Assembly: GCA_002633005.1 (NCBI GenBank)
Contig: NMRA01000120.1
Coordinates: 683,940 to 747,939, forward strand
Reading direction: 5' to 3'
Source: Phoronis australis
Taxonomy: Eukaryota; Animalia; Phoronida
DNA: 64,000 nucleotides
Below are positions 48,401 through 60,700 of the stretch, one piece after another; position 1 is the first letter of the stretch; every line of letters begins with the position of its first letter. The notes under the pieces are model-generated. The model searched no databases. It worked only from the letters and a program-made list of their open reading frames with translations, and was not told where the DNA came from. A program made the position numbers and the translations under genes.

Positions 48401-51400
48401 ATATCATGTGTTCTTTCTCGTTTCAGTTTGCTAGTGATAAATGCCTTAATCTATAATCAGTTCTCAGGTGATTAATTGTTAGCTTAGCTAAAAGGATACT
48501 ACACCTTGTTTTGGCGATTTCAACGAATCCTCGTTATATTTATTTATTATTTATTCGTGTAATATTTACAATGAGGGTAGTTTTCACTGCTTACCACGGG
48601 GGCTTTCCATGGGGCTTACCTTGCTTATGCTCTTTTGCCACTCACTAATTGCAAAATAAAGGTAGGATTGATCTAAAAGCACACAATCGCTGTGCTAGTC
48701 CGGCGTTTGTTGCATGGACTGGTTATAACACACTGCTGCCTTTATTTGAAACGTAATCCCGTGCACTGAAAGCAACTGCTCTGCGTTCCGGGTGTGAAGT
48801 GGCGTACGCTTGTTGCATTCTTTAACCGTTTATTAAGGGCCAGAAGGACATACGTCAAGAATTACGCAACAGTCCTATGCATCTTCGTACAGACAAAGAC
48901 ATGTTATTTTAATTTACTTTTCTCTTAGCAGAAACATCAGCTCATTGCAGCTATGAATTCAAACTGGCACAGTGCGTTTCGGCTTTAAGTGATTTACATC
49001 TTTTCACTTGTCATACTAATACTGTTGTTGACTCTAGACTGTAACAGAAACGTCGATTTGTGCTCAATAGCATATTTTCTGCTGTCCTAGTGCTTCAGTT
49101 ACCGAATTGAAGTGGCAATTGTTGTCCAACTCATGTATAATTGTTTTGCGTTTTACAGGTGAATTTGGAGCTGTGAAACACGTGATTACTCACCAAAAAG
49201 AAGGCGGAAAATTCACGACATGGAAAAACAAGCCCGTCGCACACCTTCTAGGTTGCGTGCGTGAACAGAAACATTTCGGTATTCCAAACTATTTTGGTTT
49301 TGATAACACTTCTCAGTATTTATCTTAAATTAAAGTTTCGTCTTGTTCTAGTACAATTAATTTGCAACATTGCCATTTCTCAATATTTTACTAAATTTTC
49401 GCACAGAGCAGACTGTGCTTATAGCATTTCATTGTTGTTAATTTTGGCAAAACAAAATTCCACCATTCCGCCATACTGTGTTTCTGAATTGATACCACCA
49501 GTTTCTGTGAAAAGGAGGATAAACCTACAAAAGACTTGAAGAATAACAAGTAGTGTACATTCAATAAGCACATACCAATGAAACTATGAACCGCAAGAAA
49601 CAAAAACACCAGTATATTCCAACATTCCGTCAGTTGCTTGAAGACAACCATGGAGACTGGGGAACAACAAAACAGGGTGCTGAGAACCGGGAGGAGGCCT
49701 AATAGCACAAGACCAGGACCGACAATCAAAAGCAATAGGAAACTCTACAGAAGTAATTAATTCAGTTTTGACCATAGTAAAATTAAAAAACGGACGATCG
49801 CCGCACAAATAAAAAAGACGAAACGTTGAAAGAACATCAACTTTTTTATTTGTGCGGTGATCGTCCGTTTTTTAATCAACAGAAGTACTCATTGTCTCAG
49901 CTAATGAAAGATACAATTAGGGCACACTGTTTCGGATGACTAACGAAGAAACCCTTCAGCCAAGAAAAGAGTATAATAGACGGATCGGCAATCTACCAGT
50001 CAAGGGTCGACAGTAATCCAGTGATTTGAACAAGTACCACTTGAAGTTGCGGTGAAAGGAAAAGTCCTGGGAAAGATAATGATGTCAGCTTGTCTTGTAA
50101 ATAGAAGTTTTTTTCAGCAGAGCGAACATTTACGTAAACTGCGACAGAAAACTGGAACACGTGAGAAGCCAGAAATTGTTCGCTTTAAGACACGTACAGA
50201 GATATCGGAAATGGGCGAAGGAGATTCTAAACCGAAAAAATAGGACCTCGGTTGCATTTAACTAGGGAAGATGGGAGAAGGATAGAAATCTCCAAAGAGG
50301 AGCCACTTAACACGGTGCCATGGTTAGATCTGATAGATGAAAGTCCATCACAACTCAGTTGATCGCTGAGAAAAAGGAAGAAGCTACGTTGAGCCATAAA
50401 CACACTCTGTCATGTACAGTTGCCTTGCAGGCACAAGAAAGTTCCGAAAGCAGCACCGAACATTTTGGACACATATTGTGGGAGTGACGCTTCGGAGACC
50501 AGACAGTAGAAGGAGATGGCCATGGAATAGGCGTGGAAGTGTTGCAAGGTGCCAGCGAAACAAAATTCGGAAACTTTGTGTCAGGCAGATTGTGGAGAAC
50601 GGGGAAGCATTTGGGATTCCTAAACGACATTACGTAACGAATTGTTGTCATCAAACACGATAGCAGCCGACAAGCATCTACCAGCAGCGGGTTGACAGGT
50701 GATAACTGCCATAGAACATGATGTTACGAATCCCTCTCAGAGCCACATCCTTCAGGTGGTGTTTTGGATTTGATAAACCAATTACATAGGTTTGGCGGGA
50801 ATGAGGCAATATCACTGTCTACAATTAAGTAAGAAAATAAGCTTTATAGTAGTTGATTGGTTACACCACTAACGTTACTGTATGAATACAAATGCAATTT
50901 GAACTCCTTCATACGAATATAGGTGACCCGTATGAACCTCAGGAGATACGAAGATGGTTGATTCCCGGTGACCACCGCAAGACAGTGTTGAAAAATGGTT
51001 TGAAGTACAGAGACGGCCGTATCATCATTTCGACCGAAGGCCTGTACTATGTCTATAGTCAGGTTTTGTTCATCGAAGGTTATACTGTGTCTTTAGAGGA
51101 ACAGCCAGAGCAAGCTAAATTCAAAGACAGGCGTCACTACATACACAGGTATGCGTCAAATGCGATTGTTGTTTATTTCATCTTAATACGAGAAGTGATA
51201 GAACTACTTCCCGCAAATTGAAAACATTATATGCAGGTAGAATAACAAATGTAACATCAATACATATAAAGACGAGCATTACTGACAGATACCAAAACTA
51301 CAAGTATAATTTCCAACGGTATAACAACATGATACATAGGATATTGAAAGACGTAGTTGCAAATAAGTAGACGAACCAACACACATGAACACAACACACT

Positions 51401-54400
51401 GGGAGGCTATATCGACAAGACTGATAAGAAATTAGNGGAGTACAAGTAATTTTAAACCATGAGAAAAAGGAAGAAGCTACGTTGAGCCATAAACACACTC
51501 TGTCATGTACAATTGCCTTGCAGGTACAAGAAAGTTCCGAAAGCAGCACCGAACATTTTGGACACATATTGTGGGAGTGAAGCTTCGGAGACCAGACAGT
51601 AGAAGGAGATGGACATGGAATAGGCGTGGAAGTGTTGCAAGGTGCCAGCGAAACAAAATTCGGAAACTTTGTGTCAGGCAGATTGTGGAGAACGGGGAGG
51701 CATTTGGGATTCCTAAACGACATTACGTAACGAATTGTTGTCATCAAACACGATAGCAGCCGACAAGCATCTACCAGCAGCGGTTTGACAGCTGATAACT
51801 GCCATAGAACATGATGTTACGAATCCCCCTCAGAGCCACATCCTTCAGGTGGTGTTTTGAATTTGATCAACCAACTACATAGGTTTGGCGGGAATGAGGC
51901 AATATCACTGTCTACAATTAAGTAAGAAAAGAAGCTTTATAGTAGTTGATTGGTTACACCACTAACGTTACTGTATGAATACAACTGCAATTTGAACTCC
52001 TTCATACGAATATAGGTGACCCGTATGAACCTCAGGAGATACGAAGATGGTTGATTCCCGGTGACCACCGCAAGACAGTGTTGAAAAATGGTTTGAAGTA
52101 CAGAGACGGCCGTATCATCATTTCGACCGAAGGCCTGTACTATGTCTATAGTCAGGTTTTGTTCATCGAAGGTTATACTGTGTCTTTAGAGGAACAGCCA
52201 GAGCAAGCTAAATTCAAAGACAGGCGTCACTACATACACAGGTATGCGTCAAATGCGATTGTTGTTTATTTCATCTTAATACGAGAAGTGATAGAACTAC
52301 TTCCCGCAAATTGAAAACATTATATGCAGGTAGAATAACAAATGTAACATCAATACATATAAAGACGAGCATTACTGACAGATACCAAAACTACAAGTTT
52401 AATTTCCAACGGTATAACAACATGATACATAGGATATTGAAAGACGTAGTTGCAAATAAGTAGACGAACCAACACACATGAACACAACACACTGGGAGGC
52501 TATATCGACAAGACTGATAAGAAATTAGAATTTAAGTTTCTTATAAAAGTGGTTACTATAACTATTTCAAAATAAGTTCAGGTTGCTTTGATCATCTGAA
52601 CATTTCGTAACAGCAGACTTTCAGAATCCAGATTACATGTGCGGCACGTTCTGTAGACCATCAACCCATGGTTCGATGAAAATGTAGTGAACTTTATCTC
52701 ATCGACTTTTAACTCTTCGAAGGCGATGTAGTCGGACTTACCTCAAAGATATTCAAATGGAGAAACGGATTCAGCCATGGATTAACGGATTGTTGTTATT
52801 TAAGTAACATAGCAAATCGTGTCCACGTTTCCAAAAACAGCACCCTTTACGAACAAACCACAACTATAAGAAAGTTCAATGGGAAGCAATTTCGATAGCT
52901 ACTACTGCCTTTTTATTAAAGGGTCGTTTTTTCCTATACCCGCATGATGCAATTGCAAATCTTAATCTTAATCAATTATGTTACTTAGGCAAACAAATTG
53001 AGACCTTGTACTTGCACATTATCACGGATAACGGATTTCTCTTCCACGTAGACTATTCATGGAATACCGGTGTTACGAAATCCATCCCATTTGAGAGCTG
53101 GACTAACCATTCTTTACAGTTTTCAATCCAAATCCCTTTTTGAGCATTATTGTTGGAGGGACATTAAACCTAAGTACTGCCTATTAACAGATAATAACAA
53201 CGAGTTTCTTGTTCACCTCTCTGAAACAATAATGTTCCGTCACTCTCGCTAACTCCCACAACTTTGAAGAAAACTTCGAAAACTTACACAAAGTCTGCTA
53301 AACCAGCAACCTAGGCAAGTTACGCGACATCTTTAGGGGAAGATCAGCACCAAGAATCTAATATACATGTACATTCTGTGTCGCAGTGAGTATGTGCTTC
53401 AGTTGAATCACTCAAGTGAGACGTCAATGGCCCTTTAGCAGGGAGCACAACGAATATTGGTTGAAATCGGCAAACATATTTTTTGCTTTGATTAATGATC
53501 ATACAAAAACTCGATATTTTGTATTCTGTTCTGATACAACATTTCTTTGTTCGAAATGTTTACCCACTTGCGACTGAGACTCGTGGCTTGAAAAAGGATC
53601 CTAGTGAACCGTTTAGTTCTTATGTTAACGCAGATTCCTTCGAGGCTTAGATCCGTTCCTTAGTAAATTTTATGCCGGACAGATGCTAAGTACAATGTTC
53701 ATCAAACAAATTTCGTAACGATTGGTTCAGAGATACTTTTTGTGTTTGTTTGCGTACTTAAAGATGAGGGGCCCGTTCCAAGAAAATTTAGCTAAGGCAT
53801 AAATTTCAGTCATTTTTTAAAGTAAACTTAAATTTGTCTCAAGTCTGTTTTAAGAAAGAGATCTTAATTTAATTTAGTTTTTGATTGAAGTATTGTTTTC
53901 ATTCTGACTAACTTTCCGGAAGTGGAAGTTTCAAATTTAGCTAAGGCATAAATTTCAGTCATTTTTTAAATGAAACTTAAATTTGTCTCAAGTCTGGTTT
54001 AAGAAAGAGATCTTAATTTAATTTAGTTTTCAATTGAAGTATTGTTTTCATTCTGACTAACTTTCCGGAAGTGGAAGTTTCAAAGTTTACAAGTTGTGAC
54101 TTAAGTAAAAAATGAACTTTAGTCAGTTTCTTGTAACGGGTCCCAGGTCTTAATATGTTACATGTGTAGGTGTGCGTACGCGACGGTCAGCTCTTACTAT
54201 GTTACAAATTATTTTATTTTTTCTGAATAAGAAGTCCTCCATCTAATTCCTGATAGACCATCCTAGGATTCGAGTCTCAATGCTTTCTTCGGAAAACGTA
54301 ATTAAGTTCCAATTTCACCGACTACTAAGATAAATCCATCATTCCTTCGGTCACGGAACCAATTTCTTTTCAGTCAGACATGTAACCTTCAGCCAATTCT

Positions 54401-57400
54401 TCACCAACGCTAAAAATAACTCCCATTCTCAGTAAAGATAAAGTTGATTATAGTACTACAACGCTAAATGATCTAATTTTGTGTGTACAAAAAATCGGTG
54501 CATNTGTTTTAGGGGGGCATGGTCCCTTGGCGCCCTTCTAAGTCCGCCACTAGGTAAAACACCACTCGGTTAGGTTACTCACAGGTTTGAATCATGCGCT
54601 AAGAAAAGATATGTGTCTGCAACCTATTCTAAGATATCCTTTCCGCTGCGTTTAGTCGAAGCTTTTTGAAAAAGTGTCGGCGCAAATTAGTTTAGAAGAA
54701 ACTTATTCTCGAAAAAAATGTTCTTTTCACATGACTTTTCTTCAAAATAACTCAATATTTAAGTTTATTTATGATGTTTTATTAAATTCTGGTGGTCGCC
54801 GAATTGAATTACGTCGTAGTGTTCTTAAGCAACTAAATTTGATATCAAAATACTCAAATAATTGTACATGTTGGACTATTTTTCTGTTCCTACTTGGTGA
54901 AAAATATTCAGTGTTTTAAACTAGTAGAAATAAATGAGATGTTACCGTTAAGCGAACTTCGTTAGACCAATGGAATTATTCAATAATACAAAAATTGGCC
55001 CGCGGTATAAATTGAGTTTCAGCAGCACTTTTATTTTAGTAATAGTTACTTTTTCAAAAGTCAGATAACCGTAAAAAGAGCTCAGATTAGATGAAACTTG
55101 TGTAATTCTGTCCACGTCTACGGTAGTGTAATATTCTGTAAACGCGGCTGATGTTCAACCTTATGGTTTTGTGCTCCCATCTGTAAAATAATTCTTTTAT
55201 TTATGGGAGTTTACGATACATACATCGTGAAATATTTTCAAGTTTCCAAACTGCTTTACACTACAAGACAAGTAATGGTGACAAGTAATTCAAACTCGAA
55301 ACTAGGAAAAATAAGTTTGAGGTTGTTTCAAATCTCTTGAAACTAATTTTGAAGGAGGTAATTGTTTCTTATCCTAAACAGTAGTTGTTATCAGGACTGA
55401 ATGTAGTAGCTATAGACGTGATATAAGAATGAAAACTAACCAAACGTTTATAGTTGCTGGACCCGAGTTTGGCAAATCACACGGCTAAAATTCAAAGCAA
55501 TACCAAAATTGGTTATCCATCGAATCGCGTCATGATCTGTGGTCGAGATATAAGCAATCCCCAAACCCGCACATTCTCTAACACGATTCAGATTTTTTTC
55601 GGGGACCATGACCATTCTTTTCGCGACTGCAAGGATGAAAGGACATTGGGCTTTGGGGATTTTTTGTATTCTGATCAAAGACCATCTGATGACTCTTTTA
55701 CTTGTTTAAAATGCACGGTTTAATTTGAATTTTATAGGAAGTATGAACCAAACTTGGGTCCAGCAACTTAGTCTATGTCACATACAAACGCTCAGGTGTT
55801 GAAACCTCATCAGAGGTGTCTTAAGACTAAGACAAAGATTTGGTCTTACGCTCCCAACTCACTGAATAAAGGTTTAGTCGTGTAATTATGAGCGCACCAC
55901 AGCCCAAAACTAATCTCAATATGTAGCTGTGTGCATGTTGTCAGAGTCTTTGCATTTTTGCTCAAGTGAGATTTAGTTATTTTCAGAATTAGCTATTTGG
56001 AGCTTCAGANNNNNNNNNNNNNNNNNNNNNNNNNNNNNNNNNNNNNNNNNNNNNNNNNNNNNNNNNNNNNNNNNNNNNNNNNNNNNNNNNNNNNNNNNNN
56101 NNNNNNNNNNNNNNNGTTTTCATTCTGACTAACTTTCCGGAAGTGGAAGTTTCAAATTTAGCTAAGGCATAAATTTCAGTCATTTTTTAAATGAAACTTA
56201 AATTTGTCTCAAGTCTGGTTTAAGAAAGAGATCTTAATTTAATTTAGTTTTCAATTGAAGTATTGTTTTCATTCTGACTAACTTTCCGGAAGTGGAAGTT
56301 TCAAAGTTTACAAGTTGTGACTTAAGTAAAAAATGAACTTTAGTCAGTTTCTTGTAACGGGTCCCAGGTCTTAATATGTTACATGTGTAGGTGTGCGTAC
56401 GCGACGGTCAGCTCTTACTATGTTACAAATTATTTTATTTTTTCTGAATAAGAAGTCCTCCATCTAATTCCTGATAGACCATCCTAGGAATCGAGTCTCA
56501 ATGCTTTCTTCGGAAAACGTAATTAAGTTCCAATTTCACCGACTACTAAGATAAATCCATCATTCCTTCGGTCACGGAACCAATTTCTTTTCAGTCAGAC
56601 ATGTAACCTTCAGCCAATTCTTCACCAACGCTAAAAATAACTTCCATTCTCAGTAAAGATAAAGTTGATTATAGTACTACAACGCTAAATGATCTAATTT
56701 TGTGTGTACAAAAATCGGTGCATAGCAACTTTAAATGCAGCCAGACATCTCCTTCATGACCACTTGGATTATGAAGGTGACATTGTAAAATTGATGGGAT
56801 AATATTGTATGACTACGACAGGCAGATCAAATTGCCAGATTATCCGCATACCTGTAGAGCTATGTCAACGTTTACAGTCATATTTTGATTAGCGATCGTT
56901 GCGAATCAAATACATTCATCGCCTAAGAATTAAGTTATTTTATCATCGGTAAGTGACGTTCGCTGTTTTGAGTCACTGTAAAGAATTGCAAGCACAAGTC
57001 TTCCCTTATCTTATTTAATCACAAAGGATGTTTAGTTGGGGGGGGGCAGGGCAGAGTATTAGCCAGGATTTTACCCGTCAGACATTCGCACCCCCCCCCC
57101 ATTGCCAAATGGAATCTGGGAGTGTTTTAGGGGGGGCATGGCCCCTTGGCGCCCTTCTAAATCCGCCACTAGGTAAAACACCTCTCGGTTAGGTTACTCA
57201 CAGATCTGAATCATGCGCTAAGAAAAGATATGTCTCTGCAACCTATTCTAGGATATCCTTTCCGCTGCGTTTAGTTGAAGCTTTTTGAAAAAGTTTTAGC
57301 GCAAATTATTTTAGAAGAAACTTATTCTCGAAAAAAAATGTTTTTTTCACATTACTTTTCCTCAAAATAACTCAATATTGAAGCTTAATTATGATGTTTT

Positions 57401-59006
57401 ATTAAGTTCTGGTGGTTGCCGAATTGAATTACGTCGTAGTGTTCTTAAGCAACTAAATTGGATATCAAAATACTCAAATAATTGTACATGCAGGACTATT
57501 TTTCTGTTCCTACTTGGTGAAAATTATTCAGTGTTTTAGACTAGTAGAAATAAATGAGATGTTACCGTTAAGCGAACTTCGTTAAACCAATGGAATTATT
57601 CAATAATACAAAAATTGGCCCGCGGTATAAATTGAGTTTCAGCAGCACTTGTATTTTAGTAACAGTTACTTTTTCAAAAGTCTGATAACCGTAAAAAGAG
57701 CTCAGATTAGATAAAAAATGTGTAATTTTGTCCACGTCTACGGTAGTGTAAAATTCTGTAAACGCGGCTGATGTTCGACCTTATGTTTGTGCTCCCATCT
57801 GTAAAATAATTATTTTATTTATGGGAGTTTACGGTACATACATCGTGAAATATTTTCAAGTTTCCGAACTGCTTTACACTACAAGACAAGTAACTGTGAC
57901 AAGTACTTCAAAATCGAAACTGGGAAAAATAAGTTTGAGGTTGTTTCAAATCTCTTGAAACTAATTTTGAAGGAGGTAATTGTTTCTTATCCTAAACAGT
58001 AGTTGTTAGCAGGACTGAATATAGTAGCTATAGACGTGATATAAGAATGAAAACTAACCAAACGTTTAAAGTTGCTGGACCCGATTTTGGCAAATCACAC
58101 GGCTAAAATTCAAAGCAATACCAAAATTGGTTATACATCGAATCGCGTCATGATCTGTGGTCGAGATATAAGCAATCCCCAAACCCGCACATACTTGCAT
58201 TCTCTAACACGATTCAGATTTTTTCGGGTACCATGACCATTCTTTTGGCGACTGCAAGGATGAAAGGACATGGGGCTTTGGGGATTTTTTGTATTCTGAT
58301 CAAAGACCATCTGATGATTCTTTTACTTGTTTAAAATGCACGGTTTAATTTGAATTTTATTCGTAGTATGAACCAAACTTGGGTCCAGCAACTTAGTCTA
58401 TGTCACATACAAACGCTCAGGTGTTGAAACCTCATCAGAGGTGTCTTAAGACTAAGACAAAGATTTGGTCTTACGCTCCCAACTCACTGAATAAAGGTTT
58501 AGTCGTGTAATTATGAGCGCACCACAGCCCAAAACTAATCTCAATATGTAGCTGTGTGCATGTTCTCAGAGTCTTTGCATTTTTGCTCAAGTGAGATTTA
58601 GTTATTTTCAGAATTAGCTATTTGGAGCTTCAGATACTTTCCATTAAACAGAGCCTTGTGCACAAGGCCAATAATACGACAAGGAAGAGTTTTTATACCC
58701 CTAAAAATTCCCGTCGTTGATACGATTGATTGTTCATTGTCTCGTTGTAGAATGAAGGAAGTTTTCTGACGCGTTAATACCTATTTCAGATACAACATTA
58801 ACCATGCCAACAACGGGGAAGACGAGTTGTTACGCGGAATTGCGACCAAGTGTTGGTCCAAATATAAAGAAGTCGGGGAACACACGAGTTACCTCGGAGG
58901 AGTGTTTCGTTTGAAACCCGGCGATGAACTCTTCGTCAAAGTGTCGAAAATTTCCGAAGTTTCCCGACTTGCATTGTCAAATAACTTTGGCGTGTACATG
59001 CTGTAA
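42094..59006 (+). CDS. TNFSF10-like: Gene B: TNF-superfamily ligand (TRAIL/TNFSF10-like), 5 coding exons, 330 aa; join(42094-42486,46441-46477,49159-49278,50923-51148 [or identical copy 52016-52241],58790-59006)
   Basis: GT-AG splicing with phases 0,1,1,2 gives an open 993-nt CDS. TM helix SYLLMYVIMVCSVSFNGIMY; TNF domain motifs as in gene A. The last exon is 58/72 aa identical to gene A by my manual count. Confidence 0.92.
43620..45090 (-). mobile_element. Second DIRS-type tyrosine-recombinase 3' fragment, in gene B intron 1
   Basis: The minus strand at about 44890-45085 translates FTRHLKLVLGCVGLDPQRYKSHRFRIGAATSAATLQIPDSTIQRMGRWKSDAHKNYIR (not in the ORF track). The downstream tail carries repeated CACTGGCAATACAG motifs. 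The left boundary is approximate. Confidence 0.8.
46441..46477 (+). CDS. TNFSF10-like: Gene B exon 2, 37-nt microexon (GIERQLEKERKR-G)
   Basis: tttttacaag|GGCATT...AAAAGAG|gttcgt. Absent from the ORF track; found by homology to gene A exon 2. Confidence 0.87.
47641..48075. repeat. Interspersed repeat; uninterrupted copy of the element split at 26568-26685 / 28453-28700
   Basis: Shares attgct.aatattatatcgtctgcaactcaggcgc and aacctaacg.gcaagtacatacat with the split copy. Confidence 0.75.
49159..49278 (+). CDS. TNFSF10-like: Gene B exon 3, 120 nt (EFGAVKH...PVAHLLGCVREQKHF)
   Basis: ttttacag|GTGAATTT...TTTCG|gtattc; phase 1 to 1. Confidence 0.92.
49782..49876. repeat. 36-bp inverted repeat (hairpin) with a 23-nt loop
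   Basis: Arms 49782-49817 and 49841-49876 pair at 35/36 positions; the remaining position is G:T. Confidence 0.92.
50923..51148 (+). CDS. TNFSF10-like: Gene B exon 4, copy 1, 226 nt
   Basis: aatatag|GTGACCCG...CACAG|gtatgc. Encodes LKNGLKYRDGRIIISTEGLYYVYSQVLF. Confidence 0.88.
52016..52241 (+). CDS. TNFSF10-like: Gene B exon 4, copy 2 (identical to copy 1; probable haplotype duplicate)
   Basis: Same 226-nt sequence and splice sites, offset 1093 nt from copy 1. Confidence 0.7.
53769..54144. mobile_element. MITE with an internal approximately 150-bp tandem duplication
   Basis: Imperfect inverted termini GGGCCCGTTCCAAGAAA / TTTCTTGTAACGGGTCCC; the unit aaatttagctaaggcat... occurs twice. Confidence 0.6.
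55452..55768. mobile_element. 317-bp MITE with 21-bp inverted termini (duplicate at 58070-58393)
   Basis: AGTTGCTGGACCCGAGTTTGG / CCAAACTTGGGTCCAGCAACT (1 mismatch). Confidence 0.8.
56010..56115. other. Assembly gap (N run)
   Basis: Run of n characters. Confidence 1.
58790..59006 (+). CDS. TNFSF10-like: Gene B exon 5 coding part, 217 nt
   Basis: ctatttcag|A TAC AAC ATT ... ATG CTG TAA. Encodes NNGEDELLRGIATKCWS...GDELFVKVS...FGVYML. Not in the ORF track. Confidence 0.95.
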
Positions 59007-60700
59007 TTTTTTACTGAAAAGTTTTGTTTTTGCGTTGCACTCGAATCACGCTTTATTCGTTTTCAAACCCAATAACCATACAATGTAGTTATGTGTGTAA
59101 ATTCATCAAACCTGCATGGTTTCCTAAACACACTTTTCCCACTTCTAACACGATATATTTTTACTAAACTTATTCCCAAATGATATTCTTTCGGAACATC
59201 ACATTTTTTCAACATGAACAGAATCTGCAGACAAGGTAAACTATTCACAGCGCACATGCCGTAAACAGGTATACATTTTTAACCATGTTACTGTTTTGAA
59301 ACATAACTGCTAGGGCAATTCACAACTTTTCGTTGAGCTTATAGAAATAACAGTGTCGGACAAAAAAAGGAATGCATAAGCGATGACTGGTATTTTCTTG
59401 TGGGAACGTTGGATTTTCGGTGTGAAAGGTTTGATTGACAACATTTGCACCACGTTTCTTTTTGTGTAGCAATGTGTGTAGTTTACAGTATCAGAATATT
59501 GTTAGGCCATTGACTTGAATGCATTCCAGACCTACTGTACACTGATATAATCAAACTATCAAGCAAACTGGGTTAAAGATTATGTATGGATTCAATAAGC
59601 ACGAACCAGGCAGCAGTTGGAATGAACAGTATTATTTTTGTGTGCTCAATGATAAATGTATTTCACAAATTTAGTGTGCTTTCAATGGCTGAACTTCATT
59701 CAGTCGGTTGGGTCAACAGGCTAAGACATTTGATTGGTTGACCCAGTTAGCGTTTCATGGAGGAAATGTTTGCGAGAAAAGTGAGATGACGCAAAATCAC
59801 GAAAATCACGCGAGTGAAAGGCGAGTGTGTGGCGTTTATGCTGGATACTTTGCTAGTGTAACTAGTGAAACGGCGGTCATTGAATCGATTGTTGATCGAA
59901 TATTTCAGGCTCTACGGAAAGCAGCTCAGGCTGCGTTTCGTAGACGAGAAAAAGCAAGGCTATTCTTGATATCGTCATGCATTGCATCCGAAGCACGTGA
60001 TCACACTAGCTTTTCTCGCAGCTTTTGTAGAAGACACAACGCGCATCAAGCGCGGACAGCAACATGTATGTCTCATTTCATTTTCACAACGTTTCATATT
60101 TTACTTTTTACATGGTTAAAATACTTCAATTATAACTTTTGTATTTTTATATTTTACTTTTCGATTGTTTTTTAATTTTGAAGATTTTTCAATAATTTCA
60201 ATATAAATAAATATATACGCTAATATTAGTGTGTTATAAATTGCGAAATGCTAAGATATTGATCAAATAATTGAGTTTATAGATGAACTCTTTCACCCAG
60301 TCTAAAGTGCATGCCTATGGTGAACAGAGTTGGTTCCTAGAAGGCGCTCCGCCACTTTTCACTAGTGTTGCGTTTAGTCACCAGGTAGCGATACCGCCTC
60401 GTCGTGGAAATCGACATTCCGCGAGTCCATTCAGCAATAGTTCGAAAAAAGGAATGATTTGTGAGAAAGCGAAGCAGATGAAGTTACAGAAAGCAGAAAT
60501 GGGCGCTTTTGATGCCTGATTTTATAAGATAATGACGTGCTTTTTCGTCTGAAATGTGGTACAGTTGTGTTCCGTAGACGCAAAACATCCTCGAGAACAG
60601 ATAATGTGATAACGTGTTGGGCTCTAAGTCGCGGCGTTTTCACAAATTTCTTACGTCTACGGAACACAAGCCGGGGTCATCAAAGAGTTAGAAAGCTTAA

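Larger units (their letters stand above)
50367..52528. repeat. Near-identical 1.07-kb duplication containing gene B exon 4
   Basis: 50367-51435 versus 51460-52528, separated by a single n at 51436; only scattered intronic SNPs. Confidence 0.95.
53895..58634. repeat. Duplication of more than 2 kb across the N gap (53895-56009 versus 56116-58634)
   Basis: Collinear, high-identity copies. Copy 1 has a single n at 54504 where copy 2 has about 400 extra bp. Confidence 0.93.

Noticed and set aside
50355-50800. 83-99 aa ORFs repeated at 51298-51756
   Set aside because: They recur only because of the near-identical duplication; no domain was recognised.
59708-60175. 155-aa ORF downstream of gene B
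   Set aside because: Non-ATG start, no domain, and it drifts into AT-rich low-complexity sequence; likely the interior of a repeat.
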